Shown here piece after piece: positions 1 through 8,442 of a stretch of 64,000 bases of DNA. The notes beneath the pieces were generated by a model. The model saw only the letters and a list, made by a program, of their open reading frames with translations. It was not told the origin of the DNA and did not search any database. The position numbers and the translations under genes were made by a program. The number at the start of each line of letters is the position of its first letter. The stretch's first letter is position 1. This DNA comes from an uncultured Polyangiales bacterium (GTDB lineage: Bacteria; Myxococcota_A; Polyangia; Polyangiales; JADJMO01), in NCBI GenBank assembly GCA_964624885.1, contig CAZUZY010000004.1, forward strand, positions 1,438 through 65,437. Reading direction: 5' to 3'.

Positions 1-452
1 AGGGGGCCAAAGGCGCCTCCACCCCAGACCATCATCTGATCACCAGTCCACACCGCCCCGTGAAACGACCGTGCTCCGATGGGCGCGGCCGGCAGCATGG
101 CCCAGCTGTCTGTGCTCGGATCATATTCAGCGCCGTCCGCGAGGTCGGCGGTGCCAGTGAACCCGCCCCACACCATCATCTTGGTGCCGGTCCAGACTGC
201 AGAGTGATTGGCCCTACCAGCCAGGGGTCCACCAGTCATCGGCAGCCACCTCGGGCCGGCATCACCGGCATCCCCATCAGCGGCGTCCGACGCGTCGGCA
301 TCGGTGGCAGCCTCCGGCGCGACGTCGAGACCAGAGTCGCTCGCCGCATCCGCGCACAGCTTCGGGTCGCTTGCGCATGCCGTCGGCGCGTCGAGATTGA
401 CGCATCCCGACGGGAGGAAAGCGAGAGCTAGAACGGGTACAGCGCACTTCAT
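1..452 (-). CDS. Kelch-repeat lipoprotein; partial, 3' part runs off the window start
   Basis: Absent from the ORF track because it has no stop inside the window. My own minus-strand translation from the ATG at 452 gives MKCAVPVLALAFLPSGCVNLD (signal peptide plus lipobox Cys). A D/A-rich linker follows, then two Kelch-like blades (NHSAVWTGTKMMVWGG, FHGAVWTGDQMMVWGG). The frame stays open to base 1. Confidence 0.7.
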   Translation of the reverse strand, partial: MKCAVPVLALAFLPSGCVNLDAPTACASDPKLCADAASDSGLDVAPEAATDADASDAADGDAGDAGPRWLPMTGGPLAGRANHSAVWTGTKMMVWGGFTGTADLADGAEYDPSTDSWAMLPAAPIGARSFHGAVWTGDQMMVWGGGAFGP

Positions 453-492
453 TCGACACCACGTTAGTTGGTTCACGCGGCGCCGCCAGCCG

Positions 493-951
493 CTATGCGG
501 TGTCATTGGCGACGGGGAGGACAGCTTCCTGGTAGTCCAGCAGGTCCCGCTCGTGCTGGCGGGCAAGCTCCGCCCGCAGGCGGCTCCAGTCAGCCGCCGG
601 TGGCACGTCGATAGCAACCATTTCCTCGGCGAGTTCCGACTCGCATCCACAGGACCGTGCCAGCTCTCGAATCTCGTGGAGGCGATCGGGCGGAGCCACA
701 ACCCGCACGGTTCCGTGCCCCGATGCCCGCACAAGTTCGGTCGCGACCAGGTCACCATTGGTGCGGCGGACCCGAACGTGATCGCCGAGGGCCACGCATG
801 CATAGAACGGGATGTTGTCGAGCACGTACACATTGCCGTCGTCTGACGAGGGAGTCGCCCAGACTCCCTCGCGCCGCACCGGCGGGTAGCCATCGGCGTC
901 GGGCTCGAGCTCAAAGACGATTTTCACATGGGTGGGGTCACTTGTTGTCAT
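493..951 (-). CDS. DUF4265-like immunity protein for the adjacent RHS-HNH toxin
   Basis: 152-aa ORF whose start overlaps the RHS stop by 14 nt (938-951). VKIVFELEPDADGYPP, GVWATP, YVLDNIPFYA, GDHVRV and SGHGTVRVV recall the DUF4265 family found beside polymorphic toxins (family call from memory). GC is lower than in the RHS body. Confidence 0.8.
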   Translation of the reverse strand: MTTSDPTHVKIVFELEPDADGYPPVRREGVWATPSSDDGNVYVLDNIPFYACVALGDHVRVRRTNGDLVATELVRASGHGTVRVVAPPDRLHEIRELARSCGCESELAEEMVAIDVPPAADWSRLRAELARQHERDLLDYQEAVLPVANDTA

Positions 952-1687
952 TGGCGGGCGTCGTCTTCGTCCAGCTGTGTGGCATCGACTGATGTCGAAC
1001 GTTGTCGCGCTTCTCGAGGTTGCACTTCGAACATAGCTTGTCCAGGTTCGTCTCGTCCCCAGCGCCGCCCTTGGACCGCGGGAATCGGTGGTCGCGGCGG
1101 AACTCGTTGGGGTCGGTCGGCTGGTTCTTGACGCTCTGCTTGGCCGGTTTCAGCTCGACCCCGCAGTTCTCGCAGTGCACCCCTCCCCGGGCTACCTCGG
1201 CATTCGTCTCCTGCTTGAGCTTGCGCGTGAAGTCCTTTCCGCCCCGTGGGCCACCAAAGGTGCCGACCTTGGGGATCTTCGCTTCTTCGTCCTTCTTGTG
1301 GAAAGTGTCCACCGCGGTCTTCGTCCCGGCAGCCATGTCGCGGACGCCCGACTGGACCAGCCCCACACCCAACCCCATGACAGCCGTTCCTGCGGCCACG
1401 GCGGGAATCGAGACCGGCGAGCTTGTCCCGGCCGTGGTGACAGTGGCCGCGCCACCGAGTCCAGTCAGGGCAGCCCCTGCGTAGGTCAGCTCGACACCGA
1501 TCCAGGTCTTGATCCCACCGGTGACCGTCTGGCCGACAGCCTCGCCGTACTTGAAGCCAGCGCTGTCGTTGGGCGAGATAGGGATGTACGTCCCTCCAGG
1601 GGTGAGGGCCTTCATCGTCCCGTAGGCGACGCCACCGAGGACATTCGCGACGGGGGCAATCTTCTCCTTCAGCCACTCGCCGAAGGC
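938..1687 (-). other. Variable C-terminal toxin region of the RHS protein: hydrophobic Gly/Ala-rich segment plus HNH nuclease
   Basis: It begins right after the DPSG motif (D codon at 1697-1699). A Gly/Ala-rich hydrophobic stretch (WIGVELTYAGAALTGLGGAATVTTAG...AVAAGTAVMGLGVGLV) comes first. Next is HCENCG...RRDHRFPRSKGG...NLDKLCSKCNLEKRDN, which is the CxxC...DH...N...CxxC pattern of HNH endonucleases. Confidence 0.75.
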
Positions 1688-4447
1688 ACCGCTTGGGTCC
1701 ACGAACTCCGTCGGGCGCAGGGCCGCGTAGGCGTACGCGTTTGAGTTGCCGAGCTCGGCCCCCACGGTGCGCGAGGGGTCGTGGACCGCAATGGGATCCG
1801 CGCTGGTCCACACGCCGAGCTCCGGGGCATAGGCGCGCATGCCCATCTGGTCGAGGCCGACGCCACCGTCGCGCGGGGTGTTGGCGTACTTGCGCGTGAC
1901 GTCGCCTGCGGAGTCGTATCGGGTGAAGCCGTAGGGGAAGACCGCGCTCGAGCCCTTGGCGACGCCGTCGCCGGACGTGGTCTCGGTGGCGGAGCCGATG
2001 GCGTCCGAGAACATGAGCTCGTCGGCATCGGTGAGCGTGAGGACCGTCCCGTCCTCGATGGGCTCCGCCTCGGCGCTGCTGTGGCCGCAGCCGGGCGTCC
2101 CGAGCGCTGCAAGGACGGCGAGGCAGAGAAGGGGCACCGCCACACGGGGCGCGGCCCGCCCGCCTTGGCGATGGCGGCCCACGAGCACGCCGACGGCCAC
2201 CAGGAGCGTAAGACCCAGGGCTGCGACCCCGCCTCGCGACGAGGGCTTCCGCGGCCCAGCGACGGCGCACCCAGATGGGGGCTCGGCCCTGCCGAGACCG
2301 TTGCCCTCGGCGAGCTTCGCGACCCGGCGCCCGCCATGGACGATGTACCGGACGACCTTGCCGTCCTTGATCTCGGCCCAGTCGTCGACGAAGAGCGTGG
2401 TGTGGTCGCCCGAGGCGTCGTGCTCGACGCGGACGCGGCGCATGCCGGCATGGTCGAAGAGCGAGCTCGACGTCGCGCCCGTCGTCCGGCTCGCGGCGAG
2501 GACGAGCTGGTCGGCGTCGTTCCAGGTGTAGAGCCGGTCGCCATCGTCGAGCATCCGGCCGCGCACGTCGTAGACGATCGTTCGCCCCCTGAACCCTGTG
2601 AGCGCGTGCGGGCCGGCGCCGGCCCCGTACGACATCGCGCCAACGTGGTGCTTGGGGTCCGTGCTCTTGCGCTCGAGGATGTTGCCCGAGGCGGAGTAGG
2701 CCCAGGAGGTCTCGCCCCAGCGACCGGCGACCTTGGTCAGCCGGTAGAGGTTGTCGAGCGTGTAGGCTTCCGAGCGGTCCTTGTCGGCCGCGACGCCCAC
2801 GCGCTTGTCACGCACCTCGGTGATGTTCCCGACAGGATCGAGCACCCACTCGAGCTGCTGGACGATGAGACCTGCCTTGGTGCGTGCGAGCGTCTCGATC
2901 CGGCGGCGGTCACCGTCGTAGCGCTGCCACTCCTCGACGCCCGTCGCGAACTTCCGGGAGAGCTCGCGCCCGTCGGCGTCGTGGTCGAAGAGGACGGCGT
3001 CCTTGCCGTAGCCCGAGATGAGGCCCCGCGGGTCGTACTGGATGCGAAGGGAGGAGCCGTCCGGGTAGCGGTGCAGGTACTTGCGGTCCTGGGCATCGAA
3101 CCCATTTCCCGTCGTCACCGTGGGCTGTCCGCCGAGCGTCAGGAGCGCCTTGGTGTTCCGGAGGCGCGCGTCGTACTCGAAGGCCATGAGGCCCGCGGGG
3201 CTCTTCGCGCTCGTGAGCATTCCGGGGCCGGAGCCCTCGTCGTAGGCCCGGAGGATCTCGGGCGCGCCGTCGCCGTTCCAGTCATCGGCCGTGGGCCGCT
3301 CGGCGAGGTCGAAGGCGTACTTCGAGACGACGCCGCCCGGGTGGGTGTGGGCGACGAGGTTGTCGCTCGTGTCGAACGCGAAGTGGTGCTTGCCTGCGTC
3401 GGGGTCGTCGACGAGGACGCGGCGACCCTTGCCGTCGTACTGGTAGCGCGCGGTGTGCCCCTCGGGGTCGACCCGGAAGAGCAGGGCGCCGGCGGCGTCG
3501 TACCCGTAGCTCGAGACGAGCGGCTTGCTGCCAAGCGTGCGGGTGATCGCGACAAGTCGACCGAGCCCGTCGTGCTGCTCGACGACCGGGGTGTGCTCGT
3601 AGGGCGTGCTCGGGTCGGTCTGGTTCGGGTCCCAGGACTTGGTGAGGAAGGGGAGAAACTCGGTGCGGCTCTCGAAGCCGAGCTGGGTCCTGCTCCGGAC
3701 GAGGCGGCCCGCGGCGTCGAAGAAGGCGTCGTCTCCGGGGCCGTCGGCGAAGAGCGGCGGCGCCTCGAGCGCGCTCGGGTCGACCCAACGAGCGCGCACC
3801 GTGCGGCGCGTGTTGCCTCGGGCATCGAAGAGGCCCACCGGAGAGAGCACGTACCTGCCACCGGCCGCTGGGCTCACGACGCCGCGCTTGCGCCCGAGTC
3901 CGTCGGTGAAGGCGACGCTGTCCTCGGTCTCGTCGTGTCCCGAGAAGATGCGCCCGAAGGTGCGGACCTTGGAGAGTGGCGCTCCGAGCTCGTAGCTGTA
4001 GCGGAGGGTGGGCCTCTCAGGGGAATCGCCCGGCTTGACGATGGCGGTGAGGCGCCCGAGCCCGTCGTACTCGAAGGAGGAGACGGCGCCGTTGAAGTTG
4101 GAGAATGTCTTCACCGTGCCGAGCAGATCGTCGTAGGTGGCCTGCTGGAGGAGCAGCTTGTCGGCCGAGACCTTGAGCCCCTCCGCGATCGGGAAGGTGC
4201 GCGACTCGTCCCACTTGAAGAGGCGCCCGCCGCCGCGGGCCGTCCTGACTTCCAGGGGGTTCCCGTCGGCGTCGTACTTCGAGGCGCTCAGCATCTCGAA
4301 GGCCTCGCCGCCGACCCAGGCTTCTTCCCGGACAAGGTCGCCCCGGACCACCTGGCCGAGCGGGAGGCCGGTGAAGGGCTCGCCGTCGTAGAAGTGCCGC
4401 TTGAAGCGCGCGCGCTTGCCCGCGGCGTCCGTGAGCTCCTCGCTCAT
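938..4447 (-). CDS. RHS-repeat / TcC-like polymorphic toxin with C-terminal HNH nuclease tip
   Basis: The ORF is 938..4543 (1201 aa); I prefer the ATG at 4447 (MSEELTD). It has many YD-type repeats (FEYDGLGRLTAIV, YGYDAAGALLFRVDPEGHTARYQYDGKGRRV, YTWNDADQLV). The RHS core ends in GMRAYAPELGVWTSADPIAV...RPTEFVDPSGAF and is followed by a variable tip. No signal peptide, PAAR or other delivery domain is present at the N terminus. Confidence 0.9.
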   Translation of the reverse strand: MSEELTDAAGKRARFKRHFYDGEPFTGLPLGQVVRGDLVREEAWVGGEAFEMLSASKYDADGNPLEVRTARGGGRLFKWDESRTFPIAEGLKVSADKLLLQQATYDDLLGTVKTFSNFNGAVSSFEYDGLGRLTAIVKPGDSPERPTLRYSYELGAPLSKVRTFGRIFSGHDETEDSVAFTDGLGRKRGVVSPAAGGRYVLSPVGLFDARGNTRRTVRARWVDPSALEAPPLFADGPGDDAFFDAAGRLVRSRTQLGFESRTEFLPFLTKSWDPNQTDPSTPYEHTPVVEQHDGLGRLVAITRTLGSKPLVSSYGYDAAGALLFRVDPEGHTARYQYDGKGRRVLVDDPDAGKHHFAFDTSDNLVAHTHPGGVVSKYAFDLAERPTADDWNGDGAPEILRAYDEGSGPGMLTSAKSPAGLMAFEYDARLRNTKALLTLGGQPTVTTGNGFDAQDRKYLHRYPDGSSLRIQYDPRGLISGYGKDAVLFDHDADGRELSRKFATGVEEWQRYDGDRRRIETLARTKAGLIVQQLEWVLDPVGNITEVRDKRVGVAADKDRSEAYTLDNLYRLTKVAGRWGETSWAYSASGNILERKSTDPKHHVGAMSYGAGAGPHALTGFRGRTIVYDVRGRMLDDGDRLYTWNDADQLVLAASRTTGATSSSLFDHAGMRRVRVEHDASGDHTTLFVDDWAEIKDGKVVRYIVHGGRRVAKLAEGNGLGRAEPPSGCAVAGPRKPSSRGGVAALGLTLLVAVGVLVGRHRQGGRAAPRVAVPLLCLAVLAALGTPGCGHSSAEAEPIEDGTVLTLTDADELMFSDAIGSATETTSGDGVAKGSSAVFPYGFTRYDSAGDVTRKYANTPRDGGVGLDQMGMRAYAPELGVWTSADPIAVHDPSRTVGAELGNSNAYAYAALRPTEFVDPSGAFGEWLKEKIAPVANVLGGVAYGTMKALTPGGTYIPISPNDSAGFKYGEAVGQTVTGGIKTWIGVELTYAGAALTGLGGAATVTTAGTSSPVSIPAVAAGTAVMGLGVGLVQSGVRDMAAGTKTAVDTFHKKDEEAKIPKVGTFGGPRGGKDFTRKLKQETNAEVARGGVHCENCGVELKPAKQSVKNQPTDPNEFRRDHRFPRSKGGAGDETNLDKLCSKCNLEKRDNVRHQSMPHSWTKTTPANDNK

Positions 4448-4566
4448 GCGAAGGAGGCCTTCGCGTGGGCACACACCTCGAGACCCTGGCGGACTTCCCA
4501 CGGCGAGGTTCGGGCTCAACGTGTCGCGTGCCGAGGCACCCACCGCCCGGCACGGAGCACGCCATC

Positions 4567-5340
4567 ATGAGCAAGTCGAACAAGTCCTCGAAGAAGGCGC
4601 ACGGCACCAAGAAGAGCACCAAGGCTGCGGCCGCGAAGAGTGCGCCCAAGACGTCCCCGGTCAAGGACGCCAAGCAGGTTGGCTCAAAGGCGCGCGGTGA
4701 CAAGGACGCGGCGCGGCCGCTGACGTCCAGCACGGCGGCGGGGGCGCCGACGACCAAGGTCGGCAAGGCCACGCCCGCGTCGGCGACCCAGAAGACGGCC
4801 ACGTTGCCGGTGACGCAGGAAGTCACCGCGCCGAAGGCGCGCAAGGAGACCCCCGCGTCCGCGAACTCCCGAGCACGCGCCCTGGTCCTCGACGAGTCCG
4901 ACCCCAAGAAGGCCATCGCGGCCCTCCAGAAGTTCGGCTCGACGCAGCTCCAGCGGGCGTTCGGAGACCTCTTCGGCGCCGAGACCACGAGCCGCAACGT
5001 GATGTACCTCCGGAGCGCCATCTCCAAGGGCCTGCTCGACCGGGCGGCAGGTATCCCGCTCGCCGCGCCCGCCGAGGAGAAGAAGGCCGCACGCAACAAG
5101 ATCGTCACCGAGCCCAAGCCGAAGGAGCCGCGCCCGCGGGATCCGCGGCTCCCGGCCGTCGGCACCACGATCGAGCGCCTCTACAAGGGCGAGGCGCTCC
5201 GGGTGAAGGTGCTCGAGGAGGGTTTCCTCTTCAAGGGCACGACGTACCCGAGCCTCTCCGCGCTCGCCAAGTCCCTCACGGGTTGCTCCACGAACGGGTT
5301 CCTCTTCTTCCAGCTCATCGAGCGCCCGGCGAAGGCCTGA
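4567..5340 (+). CDS. DUF2924-like protein with Lys/Ala/Pro-rich N-terminal tail; mobile-element accessory protein
   Basis: The ORF is 4465..5340; I prefer the ATG at 4567 (MSKSNKSSKKAHGTKKSTKAAAAK). The C-terminal GTTIERLYKGEALRVKVLEEGFLFKGTTYPSLSALAKSLTGCSTNGFLFFQL matches my memory of DUF2924, which usually sits beside recombinases. It lies directly upstream of the integrase on the same strand. Confidence 0.75.
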   Translation: MSKSNKSSKKAHGTKKSTKAAAAKSAPKTSPVKDAKQVGSKARGDKDAARPLTSSTAAGAPTTKVGKATPASATQKTATLPVTQEVTAPKARKETPASANSRARALVLDESDPKKAIAALQKFGSTQLQRAFGDLFGAETTSRNVMYLRSAISKGLLDRAAGIPLAAPAEEKKAARNKIVTEPKPKEPRPRDPRLPAVGTTIERLYKGEALRVKVLEEGFLFKGTTYPSLSALAKSLTGCSTNGFLFFQLIERPAKA

Positions 5341-5351
5341 GGGGTCCCGCC

Positions 5352-6578
5352 ATGAGCCAGCCCAAGGCCACCAAGGGACAGCTCAAGTGGTGGGGCAAGT
5401 CCTACTCGGTCAGGGTGCGCTTCGCCGACGGCTCGCGTCGGTGGGTGCCCCTACCCGAGGGGCTCTCCCACGCCGAGGCGGTCGCGCGCGCAGAGGTCGT
5501 CGCCGCTGAGGCGCGGCGGCGGGCGTCACCGGTCGACCTCACCACGCTCACGCAGCCGGGCGAGACCCTCGCCGAGTGGAGCGAGCGGTGGCTCGCGAGC
5601 CGCGTGCAGGCCGGCTATCGCAGCACCAAGGACGACCGCTCGCGCCTGAAGGTGCACATCCTACCGCTCATCGGCGGCGTGAAGATCGCCGCGCTCTCGA
5701 CCGATGACGTCGAGCGCGTGCGCGACCGGCTGGATGCCCGTGTACGCGCCGGGGAGATCGCGTGGGGCACCGCCCAGCTCACGTGGGCGTTGCTCAAGTC
5801 CATGTGCAAGGCCGCGCGGCTCTCGAAGGATCGCGAGCTGCGGGTCCGGCGAGACGATCCCACGCGCGACGTCGCCCCGCCGGATCGTGGGATCGTGAAG
5901 GCGAAGCAGTTCCTCTATCCGAACGAGTTCTTGAAGCTCGTGTCCTGCGAGGAGGTGCCGCTGGCCTGGAGGCGCGCTGTCGTGTTGTCGGTGTACCTCC
6001 TGCTCCGGCAGTCCGAGCTCCAGGCCCTCGCCTGGGACGACCTCGACCTCGAGCACGGCGTCGCCCACGTCCACCGCTCGGTGGACCGCGCAGACCGTGC
6101 CGCCGACAAGACCACCAAGACAGAGACGACTCGCAGACTTGCGATCGAGCCCGCGCTGATGCCTCTCCTGCTCGCCATGCACGAGCAGGCAGGGAAGCCG
6201 AAGAGCGGGCGCGTGCTCGCCGACCTTCCACCCTGGTACGACCTCGCCAAAGGGCTCCGGGCCTACCTCGCGCTCGCGGGCGTCGACCGGCCCGAATTGC
6301 TGGCACGCGGGCCCACGCGGCGGTGGATCACCTTCCACGACTTGAGGGCCACCGGGATCACGTGGATGGCCGTGCGCGGGGACGACCCGCTCAAGATCCG
6401 GCAGCGCGCGGGGCACCAGCACATCGCCACCACCGAGAAGTACATCCGGCTCGCCGAAGACGTGCGGGTTGGGTTTGGCGAGGCGTTCGCGCCACTCCCC
6501 CACCTCGCTCATACGTCAGCGCAAGGTCGACCGTGCGACGGTGACAATGGTCACGGACCTCATGTGACGATCTGGTGA
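5352..6578 (+). mobile_element. Tyrosine recombinase / phage-type integrase
   Basis: The ORF is 5283..6578; the ATG at 5352 (MSQPKATKGQLKWWGKSYSVRV) gives an SAM-like N-terminal domain. The catalytic region has LLLRQSEL, HDLRATGITWMAV and RAGHQHIATTEKYIR (the R...HxxR...H...Y pattern). Confidence 0.9.
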
Positions 6579-6769
6579 AGCTGCGCTTGTGTTGGGCGTC
6601 GACCCGTTGCATCACCGGCCCACTCGCCGAATCCTCGGGAGCCTCGGGGGGGGGCCGCGATCTCCGTCGTAGGGGTTCTCCGGAGCCACCAGGTGGCGTG
6701 GACTGCAACACCACAACGGCGCGCGCGATCCTCGCAGCACTTTGCCATCACACAGTAGCCGGGGGCCTC

Positions 6770-7561
6770 ATGAACAGTTTTCGGAATCTCACGCAGTACG
6801 CCGAGTGCCATCTGGTCTCGAACAACACGGGTACGACTCTGTACCAGTGGTTCACGGATTGGATGTGCTGCGACGGCGTCGATGCCATCCGTGCCGTCCT
6901 CAAGGCCAAGAACGCCACAAGCGCCAACTTCAGCTGGCAACTGGCGATCCAGTACGCACCCGTCCGGTCGGACAATCCCGACGCTCCGGCTGCTATCGGC
7001 AACGGCCAGACAGGCTCCGGCGAGTATCAGACCGGCGACCTCTCCCTGGCCGCACAGGCCGACGCACCCACACATCGCCTCTTTCGTCTCGGCATCGCCT
7101 ACACGAGCGTCAATGCGAGTGTGCAACAAGCCGATGTGAGCCTACAGGCGAGCTACAAGAGTGTCGCGACTCCCCTGGGCATGGCGCGGGCAACGCTTGC
7201 GATCACCGACAGCAGCAACAAGTACGAAGTCCTGACGCCGTGGATTCCCGCGATCTACATGGCCAAGGTGAAAGCTGCCTTCGTCCTGAATAGCATCAAC
7301 CCCTCCAACGGCAACTTCAAGTACCGACTCGCATACCAGACCGCCGGGACGACCGTCACGCAGCCCAGCGCTTGGACGGATATCGAGTCCGGGTGGACTC
7401 AGCCAGGCAACGGAGTAACCTACAGCGAGCGCAACACGGGCGAGGTCACGGTGACGACCTCGGAGATGTGGTTCCGGCTCGGCGTCGCCTACACCCAGGC
7501 CGGTGGGGTTGATACGAACTATACAGCCGTGCTCGAGGCCGTTCTGTCTTGCAGGGCCTAG
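6770..7561 (+). CDS. Hypothetical beta-rich protein made of two homologous halves (ORFan)
   Basis: The ORF is 6575..7561; I prefer the ATG at 6770 (MNSFRNLTQ). There is no signal peptide. GC is about 57 percent with A/T-ending codons atypical for the window. The halves share NFSWQLAIQYA...LFRLGIAYTS with NFKYRLAYQTA...MWFRLGVAYTQ. No family recognised. Confidence 0.65.
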   Translation: MNSFRNLTQYAECHLVSNNTGTTLYQWFTDWMCCDGVDAIRAVLKAKNATSANFSWQLAIQYAPVRSDNPDAPAAIGNGQTGSGEYQTGDLSLAAQADAPTHRLFRLGIAYTSVNASVQQADVSLQASYKSVATPLGMARATLAITDSSNKYEVLTPWIPAIYMAKVKAAFVLNSINPSNGNFKYRLAYQTAGTTVTQPSAWTDIESGWTQPGNGVTYSERNTGEVTVTTSEMWFRLGVAYTQAGGVDTNYTAVLEAVLSCRA

Positions 7562-7569
7562 GGGGAAGA

Positions 7570-8442
7570 ATGCCGAGAATCCAACGCCCAAGCCTTCCAA
7601 ACCCCGCTGTGGCATCAGTCTTCGACCCCGCAGCCGTGCTCTTTCCAACGAACGATTTCCCGGGCACACCAACCGACTTTTTGGGTCCTGGCTCCATGGA
7701 TCCAATTGGCTTCGACGACTCGTTGGATTTTGGAATCTCCTTCGATGATGCGTCCGGTCTTCCCACTGGCCCCTCGGGCGTCGGAGGGGAGACCGAGGAC
7801 CTTGGCGGATGGATCTCCAGCAGACTTGGACGGTCGTCCACGGAGGTCATTCCGATCTCGCCGTGGCCGACAAATGGGGACGGCACCCCTGGAACTCCCA
7901 TCGGCCCGCTCGCACCGTCAAGGGGACTCGGGCCCAACAACTACCCAACGGCGCTCGGAACGGTAGAGGTCTGGGAGATTGCGCCGCGAAACCAGGGTGG
8001 CGGACGGACAACCACCCAGAAGACGGTGCTCGTCGAAGTGGTTCCCGCTGCAAAGAGCGCAGCGCCAAGCCCTTCTTCTCCAAGCTCTCCGCAGCTCACG
8101 GACGGCTGGATTTCGGGACGCGGCTCGACGGCCGCGGAAAGCGCCGCAATGAACGCGCTCGTGCCGAAGAAGCCTGACAGCACGCCCGACCCAACGCGCG
8201 ACCCCGACCGTCTCTCCTGGGCCAGCGCATCGGACTTTGCGAGAGCGATGCGGGGCTTTCGGCCCCGCTCGCCTGCTTCTGACGCTGGGAGTGACGAGAC
8301 CCGCGACGCCCACGGGGCCGTCGCAATTCTCGACCCATGGAGCGAGACGGGATATCGCGCCGTGCGGCCCCGGTCACACACCGCTGCGTCTGTTACCGTG
8401 ACGTATGCTTCGGACAGCCCGGACTTCGGTGCGCCTCGCTGA
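7570..8442 (+). CDS. Hypothetical Pro/Ser/Gly/Thr-rich, probably disordered protein (ORFan)
   Basis: The ORF is 7549..8442. The ATG at 7570 is preceded by gggggaag. It is the only long ORF in this interval, on the same strand and with the same low GC as its neighbours. It has no recognisable domain and no signal peptide. Confidence 0.5.
   Translation: MPRIQRPSLPNPAVASVFDPAAVLFPTNDFPGTPTDFLGPGSMDPIGFDDSLDFGISFDDASGLPTGPSGVGGETEDLGGWISSRLGRSSTEVIPISPWPTNGDGTPGTPIGPLAPSRGLGPNNYPTALGTVEVWEIAPRNQGGGRTTTQKTVLVEVVPAAKSAAPSPSSPSSPQLTDGWISGRGSTAAESAAMNALVPKKPDSTPDPTRDPDRLSWASASDFARAMRGFRPRSPASDAGSDETRDAHGAVAILDPWSETGYRAVRPRSHTAASVTVTYASDSPDFGAPR

Noticed and set aside
60-846. Plus-strand ORFs 60..431 and 208..846 at the window start
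   Set aside because: They lie antisense to the Kelch lipoprotein and the DUF4265-like gene, both of which have clear motifs. Their translations are Arg/Ala/Ser/Pro-rich.
4465-4566. GTG start at 4465 for the DUF2924 gene, preceded by a good aaggagg at 4451-4457
   Set aside because: The extra 34 codons (GTHLETLADFPRRGSGSTCRVPRHPPPGTEHAI) do not look protein-like, and they overlap the RHS 5' end on the other strand. I chose the ATG at 4567, but the longer form cannot be excluded.
1781-4570. 929-aa plus-strand ORF antisense to the RHS gene, and the nested minus-strand ORFs 948..2270, 1669..2643 and 3139..3861
   Set aside because: The RHS frame shows dozens of YD repeats and a conserved core. 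The others are Arg/Pro/Gly-rich shadows of it.
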